Assembly: GCA_030390025.1 (NCBI GenBank)
Contig: CM059431.1
Location: 155,002,001-155,066,000, forward strand
Reading direction: 5' to 3'
From: Squalus acanthias
Taxonomy: Eukaryota
Length of the DNA: 64,000 bases
The notes under the pieces were generated by a model. It was not told the origin of the DNA and searched no databases. It was given only the letters and a program-made list of their open reading frames with translations. Positions 48,812-61,214 of this stretch are shown here, one piece after another; position 1 is the stretch's first letter; the number at the start of each line of letters is the position of its first letter. Position numbers and translations under genes: made by a program.

Positions 48812-51800
48812 GGGGTGGGGCTGGGTCCGTGCATTTTCATTGTCTAGTTGGGTAAGTGCACTGTTGGGCAGAGTGAGTGTGGTGTCGGTGTTGGTCTGGG
48901 TGAGACGGGTGTCAGTGTAGGGCTGGCTCAGTGGGGTGTCGGTCTTGGGCAATGTCAGTGGAGTGTCGGTGTTGGGCTGGGTGAGTGGAGTGTCGGTGTT
49001 GGGTTGCGTTTGTGGCGTGTAGGTATTGTACTGTATCAGTTGCGGTGCCGTTGTTTGGCTGGATCAGTGGGGTGTTGGTGTTGGGCTGGATGAGTGGCGT
49101 GGCAGTTTTGGGCTGTCAGTTGGCTGTCGGTGTTGAGCTGGGTCATTGCGGTGTCGGTATTTGATTGGGTCAGTGGAGTGAGGTTGTTGGGCTCGGTCAT
49201 TGGGATTTGTGTATTCATCTGGGTCAGTGCGGGGTCGCTAAGGGCTGTGGTAATGGGTTGTCGTTGTATGGCTGGCTCTGTGGGGTTTCGGTGTAGGGCT
49301 GGGTCAGTGGGGTGTCGGTGTTGCGCTGGGTTAGTGGGGTCTCGCTGACGGGCCATTGAGGAATTCGATGTTGAGCTGTGTCATAGGCGTGTCAGTTTTG
49401 GGCTCGGTCAATGTGGTGTCTGTGTAGAGCTGACTCATGGAGTGCCGTTGTAGGGCTGGGTCAGTGGTGTGTCGGTCTTGAGCAAGATCAGTGCGGTGTC
49501 GCTGTTGGGTCAGTGAGATGTCGGTGTTGGGCTCGGTCAGTGTTGTGTCGGTGTTGGATCAGTGAGGGCGTCTTTGCTGGGCTCTGTCAGTGGGGTGTCG
49601 GTGTGGGACTGTTTCATTGCGGTGTCAGTATTGAGCTGGGTCAGCGAAATGCCGGTGTGGGGCTGGGTCAGTGTGGTGTCGGTGTGGGGCTGGGTCAGTG
49701 GGGTTACGGTGTTCTGCTGGGTCTTTGGGCTATCGGTGTTGGTCTAAGTCAGTATGGTGTCGTTGTTGGGCTGAGTCAGCGGGTTGTCGGTTTAGGATTG
49801 GATCAGCGGGGTTGTCGGTGTTGGGCTGGGTGAGTGGGGTGTCGGTGTTGGGCTGTGTCAGTGGGGTGACGGTGTTTAGCTGTGTCAGTGGGGTGTCGGT
49901 GTTTGGCTGGGCTAGTGGGTTGTCGGTGTTGGTCTGGGTCAGTGAGGTATCGATGTTGGGCTGGGTGAGTGGGCTGTCGGTGTTGGGCTGGGTGAGTGGG
50001 GTGTCGGTGTTGGGCTGGGTCAGTGGGGTGTCGGTGTTGGGCTGGGTCAGTGGGGTGTCGGTGTTGGGCTGGGTCAGTGGGGTGTCGGTGTTGGGCTGGG
50101 TGAGTGGGGTGTCGGTGTTGGGCAGGGTCAGTGGGTTGTCGGTGTTGGGCTGGGTGAGTGGGATGTCGGTGTTGGGCTGGGTCAGTGGGGTGTCGGTGTT
50201 GGTCTGGGTCATTGGGGTGTTGGTGTTGGGCTGGGTCAGTGGGGTGTCGGTGTTGGGCTGGGGGAATGGGGTGGCAGGTTTGCGCTGGGTCCGTGTGGTG
50301 TCGGTGTTGGCCTTGGTCAGTGCGATGCCTTTGTTTGTTTGGGTCAGTGGGGTGACGGTGTTGGGCTGGGTCAGTGGTTTTTGGGTGTAGGGCTGGGTTT
50401 GTGGGGTTTCGTTTAGGGATGGGTCAGCGTGTTGTCGTTGTCTGTCTGTGTCCGTGGGGGTTCGGTGTAGGTCTTGGTCAGCGGGGTGCCGCTGTCGGGC
50501 CAGTGAGGGTTTCAGTGTTGGGCTGGGTCAGAGGGGTGTCGTTTTTGTGCTGTTTTAGTTTGTTTTTTGAGTAGGGCTTGCACAGTGGGGTGACGTTGCA
50601 GGTCTGGGTAAGTGGGCTATCGGTCTCTGGGCAAGGTGAGTGGGGTGCCACTATTGTGTCAGAGACGGTGTCGGTGTTGGATGGGGTCAATGGGCTGCCG
50701 CTGTAAGACTTTTCCAGTGGGGTGTCGGTGTTGGGCTGGGTCAGTGGGGTGTCGGTGTTGGGCTGGGTCGGTGCGGTGTCGGTGTAGGAGTGGGTCAGTG
50801 GGGTGTCGGTGTTGGGTCAGTGAGGTTGTCGGTGTTTTGCTGGGACAGTGGGGTGTCAGTGTAGGGCTGTGTAAGTGTGGTATCGGTGTTGGGCTGTGTC
50901 AGTGGTGTGTCGGTGTTGTGCTGGGATAGTGTGCTGTCGGTGTAGGTCTGGGTCAGTGTGGTGTCGGTGTTGGGCTGGGTAAGTGGGGTGTCGTTGTATG
51001 GCTGGCTCTGTGGGGTTTCGGTGTAGGGCTGGGTCAGTGGGGTGTCGGTGTTGCGCTGGGTTAGTGGGGTCTCGGTTTTGGGCCATTGAGGAATTTGATG
51101 TTGAGCTGTTTCATAGGGGTGTCAGCTTTGGGCTCGGTCAATGTGGTGTCTGTGTAGGGCTGACTCAGTGGAGTGCCGTTGTAGGGCTGGGTCAGTGGTG
51201 TGTCGGTCTTGAGCAAGATCAGTGCGGTGTCGCTGTTGGGTCAGTGAGATGTCGGTGTTGGGCTCGGTCAGTGTTGTGTCGGTGTTGGTTCAGTGAGGGC
51301 GTCTTTGTTGGGCTCTGTCAGTGGGGTGTCGGTGTGGGACTGTTTCATTGCGGTGTCAGTGTTGGGCTGGGTCAGCGAGGTGCCGGTGTGGGGCTGGGTC
51401 AGTGTGGTGTCGGTGTGGGGCTGGGTCAGTGGGGTTACGGTGTTGTGCTGGGTCTTTGGGCTGTCGGTGTTGGTCTAAGTCAGTATGATGTCGTTGTTGG
51501 GCTGAGTCAGCGGGTTGTCGGTTTAGGAATGGGTCAGCGGGGTTGTCGGTGTTGGGCTGGGTGAGTGGAGTGTCGGTGTTGGGCTGTGTCAGTGAGTTGA
51601 CGGTGTTTAGCTGTGGCAGTGGGGTGTCGGTGTTTGGCTGGGTCAGTGGGTTGTCGGTGTTGGTGTGACTCAGTGAGGTGTCGGTGTTGGGCTGGGTCAG
51701 TGAGGTGTCGATGTTGGGCTGGGTGAGTGGGCTGTCGGTGTTGGGCTGGGTGAGTGGGGTGTCGGTGTTGGGCTGGTTCAGTGGGGTGTCGGTGTTGGGC

Positions 51801-54800
51801 TGGGTGAGTGGGGTGTCGGTGTTGGGCTGGGTCAGTGAGGTGTCGATGTTGGGCTGGGTGAGTGGGCTGTCGGTGTTGGGCTGGGTGAGTGGCGTGTCGG
51901 TGTTGGGCTGGGTCAGTGGGGTGTCGGTGTTGGGCTGGGTGAGTGGGGTGTCGGTGTTGGGCTGGGTCAGTGGGTTGTCGGTGTTGGGCTGGGTGAGTGG
52001 GGTGTCGGTGTTGGGCTGGGTTAGTGGGGTGTCGGTGTTGGGCTGGGTCAGTGGGGTGTCGGTGTTGGCTTTGGTCAGTGCGATGCCTTTGTTTGTTTGG
52101 GTCAGTGGGGTGACGGTGTTGGGCTGGGTCAGTGGTGTTTGGGTGTAGGGCTGGGTTTGTGGGGTTTCGTTTAGGGATGGGTCAGCGTGTTGTCGTTGTA
52201 TGTCTGTGTCCGTGGGCTTTCGGTGTAGGTCTTGGACAGTGCGGTGCCGCTGTCGGGCCAGTGAGGGTTTCCGTGTTGGTCTGGGTCAGAGGGGTGTCGT
52301 TTTGTGCGGATTTAGTTTGGTTTTTGAGTAGGGGTTGCACATTGGGGTGACGTTGCAGGTCTGGGTAAGTGGGCTATTGGTCTCTGGGCAAGGTGAGTGG
52401 GGTGTCAATATTGTGTCAGAGAGGGTGTCGGTGTTGGATGTGGTCAATGGGCTGCCGCTGTAAGACGTGTCCAGTGGGGTGTCGGTTTTGGGCTGTGTCA
52501 GTGGGGTGTCGGTGTTGGGCTGGGTCGCTGCGGTGTCGGTGTCGGACTGGATCAGTGTGGTGTCGGTGTTGGACTGGGCCAGTGGGATGTCGGTGTAGGA
52601 CTGGGTCAGTGGGGTGTCGGTGTTGTGTCAGTGAGGTTGTCGGTGTTTTGCTGGGACAGTGGGGTATCAGTGTAGGGCTGTGTAAGCGTGGTATCGGTGT
52701 TGGGCTGTGTCAGTGGTGTGTCGGTGTTGTCTGGGTCAGTGTGGTTTCGGTGTTGGGCTGGGTCAGTGTGTTGTCGGTGTTGTGCTGGGACATTGGGTTG
52801 TCGGTGTAGTGCTGGGTCAGTGTGGTGTCGGTGTTGTGTATCTCAAGCTGTCGGGGATGGTGTGGGTCAGTGGGGTGTGGGGCTGGGTCAGTGGGGTGTC
52901 GGTGTGGGACTTTTTCATTGCGGTGTCAGTGTTGGGCTGGTTCAGCGAGGTGCCGGTGTGGGGCTGCGTCAGTGTGGTGTCGGTGTGGGGCTGGGTCAGT
53001 GGGGTGTCGGTGTTGTGCTGGGTCTTTGGGCTGTCGGTTTTGGTCTGGGTCAGTTTGGTGTCGTTATTGGGTTGAGTCAGCGGGTTGTCGGTTTACGACT
53101 GGGTCAGCGGGGTTTTGGTGTTTCGCTTGTTGAGTGGGTTGTCGGTGTTGGGCTGTGTCAGTTAGGTGTCGGTGTTTAGCTTTGTCAGTGGGGTGTCGAT
53201 GTTGGGCTGGGTCAGTGGGTTGTCGGTGTTGGGCTGTGTCAGTGGGGTGTCGGTGTTGGCCTTTGCCAGTGGGATGTAGGTGTAGGACTGGGTCAGTGGG
53301 GTGTCGGTGTTGTGTCAGTGTGGTTGTCGCTGTTTTGCTGGGACAGTGGGGTGTCAGTTGGGGGCTGTGTCAGTGTGGTATCGGTGTTGGGCTGTGTCAG
53401 TGGGGTGTCGGTGTTGTGCTGTGACAGTGGGTTGTCGGTGTATGTCTGGGTCAGTGTGGTGTCGGTGTTGGGCTGAGTCAGCGGGTTGTCGGTTTAGGAC
53501 TGGGTCAGCAGGGTTTTGGAGTTGGGCTGGGTGAGTGGGGTGTCGGTGTTGGGCTGTGTGAGTGAGGTGTCGGTGTTTAGCTGTGTCAGTGGGGTGTCGG
53601 TGTTGGGCTGGGTCAGTGGGTTTTCGGTGTTGGTCTGGGTCAGTGAGGTGTCGATGTTGGGCTGGGTTAGTGGGGTGTCGGTGTGGGGCTGGGTGAGTGG
53701 GGTGTCGGTGTTGGGCTGGGTGAGTGGGGTGTCGGTGTTGGGCTGGGTCAGTTGGGTGTCGGTGTTGGGCTGGGTCAGTGAGGTGTCGGTGTTGGGCATG
53801 GCTCAGTGTGGTGTCGGTGTTGGGCTGGGTCAGTGGGGTGTCGGTGTTGGGCTGGGTGAGTGGGGTGGCAGGTTTGCGCTGGGTCAGTGGGGTGTCGGTG
53901 TTGAACTTGGTCAGTGCGATGCCTTTGTTTGTTTGGGTCAGTGGGGTGACGGTGTTGGGCTGGGCCAGAGGTGTTTGTGTGTAGGGCTGGGTCAGTGGGG
54001 TTTCGTTTAGGGATGGGTCAGAGTGTTGTCGTTGTATGTCTGTGTCCGTGGGGGTTCGGTGTAGGTCTTGGTCAGTGGGGTGCCGCTGTCGGGCCAGTGA
54101 TGGTTTCAGTGTTGGGCTGGGTCTGCGGGGTGTCGTTTTTGTGCTGTTTTTAAGGCTGGTTTTTGGTGTAGGGCTTGCAAAGTGGGCTGACGTTGCAGGG
54201 CTGGGTATGTGGGCTCTCGGTCAGTGGGGTGTCACTATTGTGTCAGAGAGGGTGTCGGTGTTGGTTGGGGTCAATGGGACGGTTTAGGACTTGTCCAGTG
54301 GGGTGTCGGTGTTGGGCTGGTTCATTGGGGTGTCGGAGTTGGGCTGGGTCGCTGCGGTGTCGGTGTAGGGCTTGCATCAGTGTGGTGTCGGTTTTGGCCT
54401 GGGCCAGTGGGATGTCGGTGTAGGACTGGGTCAGTGTGGTGTCGGTGTTGTGCTGGGACAGTGGGTTGTCGGTGTTGTGCTGGGACAGTGTGGTGTCGGT
54501 GTTGGGTATCTCTAGGTGTCGGGGATGGTGTGGGTCAGTGGGTTGTGGGGCTGGGTCAGTGGGGTGTCGGTGCAGGACTGGGTCAGTGTGGTGTGGGTGT
54601 GGAGCTGTGTCAGTGGGTTGTCGGTGTTGTGCTGGAACAGTGGGTTGTCAGGGTAGGGCAGGGTCAGTGGGGTGTCGGTATAGTGTTGTGTCAGTGAGGG
54701 TGTCGGTGTAGGGCTGGGTCAGGGGGGGTCGGTGTAGGTCTGGCTCAGTGAGGGTGTCGATGCTGGGCTGGGTCAGTGGGGTGTCGGTGTTGTGCTAGGA

Positions 54801-57800
54801 CAGCGGGTTGTCGGTGTAGCTCTGGGTCAGTGGGGTGTCGTTGCTGGGCTGGATCAGTGTGGTGTAGGTGTTGGGCTGGGTCCGTGTGTCGTCGGTGTAG
54901 GGCTGTGTCAGTGGGGTGTCGGTTTTGGCCTGGGTCAGTGTGGTGTCGGTGTTGGGCTGTGTCAGTGGGTGTCGGTGTTGGGCCTGGTCAGTGTGGTGTC
55001 GGTGTTGGGCTGGGTCAGTGGGGTGTCGGTGTTGGGCTGTGTCAGTGTCGTGTTGGTGTTGGGCTGGGCCACTATGTTGCCGGTTTTGGGCTTTTTAAGT
55101 GTGGTGTTGGTGTTGGGCTCGGTCAGTTTGTTGTCGGTGTTGGGCTTGGTCAGTGTGGTGTCGGTGTTGGGCTGTGTCAGTGGGGTATCGGTGTTGGGCT
55201 GTGTCAGTGGGGTGTCGGTGTTGGGCTGGGTCAGTGGGGTGTCGGTGTTGGGCTGTGTCAGTGGGGTGTCGGTTTTGGGCTGTGTCAGTGGGCGTCGGTG
55301 TTGGGCTTGGTCAGTGTGGTGTCGGTGGTGGGCTGGGTCAGTGTGGTTTCGGTGTTGGGCTGTGTCAGTGGGGTGTCGGTGTTGGGCTGTGTCAGTGGGG
55401 TGTCGGTATTGGGTCAGTGTGGTGTCGGTGTAGGGCTGGGTCAGTGGGGTGTCGGTGTTGGTCTGGGTCCGTGGGCTTTCGGTGGTCGGTCAATGTAGTT
55501 TCGTTGTTCGTCTGGGTCAGTGGGGTGTCGGTGTCGGGCTTGGTCAGTGTGGTGTCGGTGTTGGGCTGGGTCAGTGTGGTGTCGGTTTAGGGCTGGGTCA
55601 GTGGGGTGTCGGTTTTGGGCTGGGTAAGTGGGGTGTCGGTGTTGGGCTGTGTCAGTGGGGTGTTGGTGTTGGGTCAGTGGGGTGTCGGTGTTGGGCTGGG
55701 TCAGTGGGTGTCGGTGTTGGGCTTGGTCAGTGTGATGTCGGTGTTGGGCTGGGTCAGTGTGGTGTCGGTTTAGGTCTGGGTCAGTGGGGTGTCGGTGTTC
55801 GGCTTGGTCAGTGGGGTGTCGGTGTTGGGCTGTGTCAGTGGGGTGTTGGTGTTGGGTCAGTGGGGTGTCGGTGTAGGACTGGGTCAGTGTGGTGTCGGTG
55901 TTGTGCTGGGACAGTGGGTTGTCGGTGTTGTGCTGGGACAGTGTGGTGTCGGTGTTGGGTATCTCTAGGTGTCGGGGATGGTGTGGGTCAGTGGGGTGTG
56001 GGGCTTGGTCAGTGGGGTGTCGGTGCAGGACTGGGTCAGTGTGGTGTGGGTGTGGAGCTGTGTCAGTGGATTGTCGGTGTTGTGCTGGAACAGTGGGTTG
56101 TCAGGGTAGGGCAGGGTCAGTGGGGTGTCGGTATAGTGTTGTGTCAGTGAGGGTGTCGGTGTAGGGCTGGGTCAGGGGGGGTCGGTGTAGGTCTGGCTCA
56201 GTGAGGGTGTCGATGCTGGGCTGGGTCAGTGGGGTGTCGTTGTTGTGCTAGGACAGCGGGTTGTCGGTGATGCTCTGGGTCAGTGGGGTGTCGTTGCTGG
56301 GCTGGATCAGTGTGGTGTAGGTGTTGGGCTGGGTCCGTGTGTCGTCGGTGTAGGGCTGTGTCAGTGGGGTGTCGGTTTTGGGCTGGGTCAGTGTGGTGTC
56401 GGTGTTGGGCTGTGTCAGTGGGTGTCGGTGTTGGGCCTGGTCAGTGTGGTGTCGGTGTTGGGCTGGGTCAGTGGGGTGTCGGTTTTGGGCTGTGTCAGTG
56501 GGCGTCGGTGTTGGGCTGGGTCAGTGTGGTGTCGGTGTTGGGCTGTGTCAGTGTCGTGTTGGTGTTGGGCTGGGTCACTATGTTGCCGGTTTTGGGCTTT
56601 TTAAGTGTGGTGTTGGTGTTGGGCTCGGTCAGTTTGTTGTCGGTGTTGGGCTTGGTCAGTGTGGTTTCGGTGTTGGGCTGTGTCAGTGGGGTATCGGTGT
56701 TGGGCTGTGTCAGTGGGGTGTCGGTGTTGGGCTGGGTCAGTGGGGTGTCGGTGTTGGGCTGTGTCAGTGGGGTGTCGGTTTTGGGCTGTGTCAGTGGGCG
56801 TCGGTGTTGGGCTTGGTCAGTGTGGTGTCGGTGGTGGGCTGGGTCAGTGTGGTTTCGGTGTTGGGCTGTGTCAGTGGGGTGTCGGTGTTGGGCTGTGTCA
56901 GTGGGGTGTCGGTATTGGGTCAGTGTGGTGTCGGTGTAGGGCTGGGTCAGTGGGGTGTCGGTGTTGGGCTGTGTCAGTGGGATGTCGGTGTTGGGTCAGT
57001 GGGGTGTCGGTGTTGGGCTGGGTCAGTGTGTTGTCGGTGTTGGTCTGGGTCCGTGGGCTTTCGGTGGTCGGTCAATGTAGTTTCGTTGTTCGTCTGGGTC
57101 AGTGGGGTGTCGGTGTCGGGCTTGGTCAGTGTGGTGTCGGTGTTGGGCTGGGTCAGTGTGGTGTCGGTTTAGGGCTGGGTCAGTGGGGTGTCGGTTTTGG
57201 GCTGGGTAAGTGGGGTGTCGGTGTTGGGCTGTGTCAGTGGGGTGTTGGTGTTGGGTCAGTGGGGTGTCGGTGTTGGGCTGGGTCAGTGGGTGTCGGTGTT
57301 GGGCTTGGTCAGTGTGATGTCGGTGTTGGGCTGGGTCAGTGTGGTGTCGGTTTAGGTCTGGGTCAGTGGGGTGTCGGTGTTCGGCTTGGTCAGTGGGGTG
57401 TCGGTGTTGGGCTGTGTCAGTGGGGTGTTGGTGTTGGGTCAGTGGGGTGTCGGTGTTGGGTTGGGTCAGTGGGTGTCGGTGTTGGGCTTGGTCAGTGTGA
57501 TGTCGGTGTTGGGCTGGGTCAGTGGGGTGTCGGTGTTGGTCTGGGTCAGTGTGGTGTCGGTGTTGGGCTGGGTCAGTGGGGTGTCGGTGTAGGGCTAGGT
57601 CAGTGTGTTGTCGGTTTTGGTCTCGGTCCGTGTGTTGTTGGTATTGGTCTCGGTCAGTGGGTGTCGGTGTTGGGCTTGTTCAGTGATGTGTCTGTGTTGT
57701 GCTGGGTCAGTGGGGTGTCGGTGTGGGGCTGGGTCAGTGGGGTGTCGGTGTAGGGCTGGGTCAGTGTGCTGTCGGTGTTGGGCCGGGTCAGTGGGATGTC

Positions 57801-58128
57801 GGTGTTGTGCTGGGTCAGTGTGGTGTCGGTGTTGGGGTGGGTCAGTGTGGTGTCGATGTTGGTTTGGGTCTGTGGGTTATCGGTGTAGGACTGGGTCAGT
57901 GGCGTGTCGGTGTTGGGTCAGTGGGTTGTCGGTGTTGGTCTGGGTCAGTGGGTTGTCGGTTTAGGACTGGGTGAGTGGGGTGTCGGTGTTTGGTCAGTGG
58001 GGTGTCGGTGGTGGGTCAGTGTGGTGTCTGTTTTTTTCTGGGTCAGTGGGTTGTCGGTGTAGGACTGGGTCAGTGGGGTGTCGGTATTGCGCTGGGTAAG
58101 TGGGGCGCCGATAGGGCTGGGTCAGTGA
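48812..58128. repeat. About 9.3-kb array of a 27-bp G-rich minisatellite with higher-order duplications
   Basis: Unit tcagtggggtgtcggtgttgggctggg. The 9-aa periodic ORFs in all frames reflect the 27-bp period. Confidence 0.97.
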
Positions 58129-58804
58129 TATATCCGAGAATGTGTACAGGAGAAAATATTGAACTCCTATTTCCCTGAATCCTTTCAAATTTACAAAGAT
58201 GTTGAGTATTTTTCCGATTTAAACATGGAGATGTACATGATCGTAGAGATTCTGAATGTTTCTGTTTATTATTCCCGACAAAGCCAGATAGTGAACCAAG
58301 GCTAGGAAAGGACATGGGTTGTAGTGATTTCGATTCTCTGATCTACAGTAGTGAACAAATTTTCCTTTTATTTGCACCATTGAGGAGCCGGCTGGAGTTC
58401 CGAAACTGAGATATGTCAGCGATTCAGGTTAATCCAGCGATGCAAAACAAATCTCTTAAATTTTACTCAATTACAGATCTGTAAGAAATAATTGCCATAA
58501 TATTGCCCGAGAAATTTCAGTCTGCGGTGTTGCTCCGGAGTATGACGCGGACCTGTCAAAAGATTAAGAATCTACCTGATGTGCGCCCTCCTACGTGAAC
58601 TAGCTCTCTGATGTTGCATACTGGAGGGCAGCGTAATGGCCCACAGATCCCAGGTACGCAGACTGTGTGCAAGCGGCCTTGGGACAATGTGGGCCTGTGC
58701 TGCAAATCAGTAAACAGATTTAGATTGAACATCATTTCAGAAGGGAATCCCATAATCAGATTTAATTACTGTTACTTTACAGGATTTGAATTTAATCCCT
58801 AATT

Positions 58805-59710
58805 AGCTTCTTTCCACCAATTCCACCAAAGCTTAGTTCTGTTAGTAAAACAACAATTTTGCTGATAATAATTATCAACATCATTAAAAATTCTAATCTT
58901 TGCAGAAGCAAAAAAATAACTCATGTGATTCAATTAAGCAATCTGTTTTCCAGATGAAAATGGTTAAAACAAGCATAAGGCCCTGTGTCTGCTTGTGCGC
59001 ACGCACATCCGGTCAGATTACTCTTTGTGTTGAACTGATATATCCGCCGGTATTTAAAATTTAATCAGTATACCTCAATCGGTGTTTTCAGTCTCGTCTC
59101 ATTCTGTTGTGATTTGCAACTGATCTGAGACTGCGAAATCGTTTATCATCAGCAATGAAGTAAAATGTAATCTAAATGGTATAGAAATCTTCATATTTCA
59201 TTTTTGTAGCTCTACCAAATCTTAGACTCAATCTTGTTTCAGCTATGTTTTCTGCGGTGAAATATGTGTGACGCCTCGGCTTTTGGTTAACTCAAAACAT
59301 CACCGACCACTTTGCCTGCGCTCCTAAATTATATAAATTCATTATTACACCTGATAAATGCTACTTTTTTGAAAAGAAATGGCTCTTCTATCTCCTGCTG
59401 GTCCCTTGCCAAAACTACTCCTAAAATTTCTTAAATATTTTACTTATAGACAAAAGTGCAGATTATGGCAATTGTAGAATTCTGCATGCTAGCTGCTTTC
59501 CACCAGTTCTACTAAATCTTATTTCTGTTAGTAAAAAATAATTTTGTTGATAATAATTATCGACATCATTAAAAACTCGAATCTTTGCAGAAACAGAACA
59601 AAATTCACGTGATACAATTAAACAGTCTGATTTCCGAGCTGAAAATGGTTAAAATATGCATAAGGTTTTCACTTACGCTGATGCAAACAGGCCCTGCGTC
59701 TGCTTGCATC
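58805..59710 (+). repeat. Local direct duplication of about 200 bp (58805-58995 vs 59490-59710) within probable decayed DNA-transposon sequence
   Basis: Both copies share tttccacca.ttc.ac.aaa...gataataattatc.acatcattaaaaa...aatctttgcagaa...gaaaatggttaaaa. Confidence 0.75.
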
Positions 59711-59934
59711 AAGCGTAACATTTTCGTACGTAATTTCTGGGAAAATAGACCAACTCTGCGCCTGAAATTGATTTTTCTTTGCTAGTGCAGATGATCTGTC
59801 AATGCGCACACAGACAGATCGCAAGTCCGGGATTTAGCGCATGCGCAAGCAAAGTTAGCGTTTTACCAGAGCAAATTCTAGTCCGTTATTTTTATTGTAT
59901 GCATTTTTCTTTCTCCTTTATCTCTCGACTGTAG

Positions 59935-60101
59935 ACCCTGAGGCTCAAATAAACGAACTACTGGCAAGTTTCAGAGACATTGATATTCGTAGAATTACAG
60001 TATTCTACCGTCAGAGATTGGAAGATGCTATTGAAGAATTTGCTGATTCTATTGGTTTGGCGTTACTGAATAAAGATATAATTGATGACATAGAATATCA
60101 G
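59935..60101 (+). CDS. Exon paralogous to exon A (first half of the CARD-like domain)
   Basis: Long polypyrimidine tract and ctgtag|, donor cag|gtaaaa, 167 nt, phase 1 to 0. Translates (D)PEAQINELLASFRDIDIRRITVFYRQRLEDAIEEFADSIGLALLNKDIIDDIEYQ. Confidence 0.85.
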
Positions 60102-61214
60102 GTAAAATGGATACCAGCGTTTGGCATTTTTAACGATTTCGAACTGAAACGTCAAATTCAGAATCAAAGGGTCATTGCAATTTACTTCTGGGATTTTGCG
60201 GTCCACTGAAACGTGTCCTAAGATCGCTTTTCAAGTCTGTAGTATATGTATTTACGCAACCTTCCCTCATAACTCTGATAATTACAATTAGCTTGGTAGC
60301 CGTTCTCTGTACAACTTCTAGCTCTTGGATGTTTCCTCTGTGCTTAAATAATCAGAACTGAATCAGGTACCCAATATGTGTCCTGACCATAATGCAATTC
60401 AGCGTCAAATCATACCTAGCGATTTGGCAAAATAATTTGCACTCTCTTTGCTTTACTGATAAGTTTTCTGCCATATTTCGTCATGGGAGCAGGTGTTTCT
60501 TTTGGCTTTTGTACCCCATGCCCATGCTGTATGTGGGCAAGCTGCACACCATTGTGGATGGACAATTAATTATGAAAATGCAAATTCTGGATATGTGGCC
60601 CCAGGGGTACAACTCCATCCTGGGTTCCTGTGGTCATCTTGAGCCTATTGGCACTTCAAGTCCTTCAGTCCCTCCCCTTCGCAAGTTCCAAATTGAATAT
60701 CAGCTCAATTTTCAATCTGCCAACTCGCAACCATGCTCATTGAATTTCAGCTGTCATAATTCTATTCACCTCAACGTTTTGTCTATGTTCCTCGCTAGTA
60801 CCTTGGCTGCCTCATCAATCTGGATTTTAACTCCTAATTTAATATGATCTTCCAATTTTGACCAATTTGTGTTGCACTTCAGAATTCAGGTAGGTTATGG
60901 TAAATATAAATATTACTGGGAAACAACGATCTTTAGAACGATCCATTCAATCTAACTCCCCTTAACATCACTCACCTTATGAGTCCGATTGATTCCTCTG
61001 TTTTACACAATTCCTCGTCCATTCCAAGTTTCACCTAGGTAGACTGTGTAGATAGTTTTTCAAGTGAATCTTCATTGAAGGTTTAAAAGAATCATAACTA
61101 TGTTATAACATCGGGCTCCTATCGTTCACTTCCTCACAAAGGATAATCAATTTATTCACACAGAAATTCACCCCTTTGAGTCCAATCGCCCTGGATATTT
61201 TCGTGTGATAGCCT

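Noticed and set aside
48200..48847. 215-aa ORF with a novel C-terminus
   Set aside because: A chimera of the CR1 ORF2 end and the duplicated leader across a breakpoint.
31945..58128. Regular short repeats as a possible CRISPR array, and RT ORFs as a retron or DGR
   Set aside because: There are no unique spacers and no cas genes, and all RTs are eukaryotic non-LTR types.
48848..58178. Dozens of Gly/Val/Cys/Trp-rich ORFs
   Set aside because: They are translations of the 27-bp minisatellite in all frames, with no evidence of coding.
58413..58480. Short ATG-initiated segment ending at ct|gtaaga as a first exon for 59935
   Set aside because: It ends in phase 2 whereas the 59935 exon needs phase 1.
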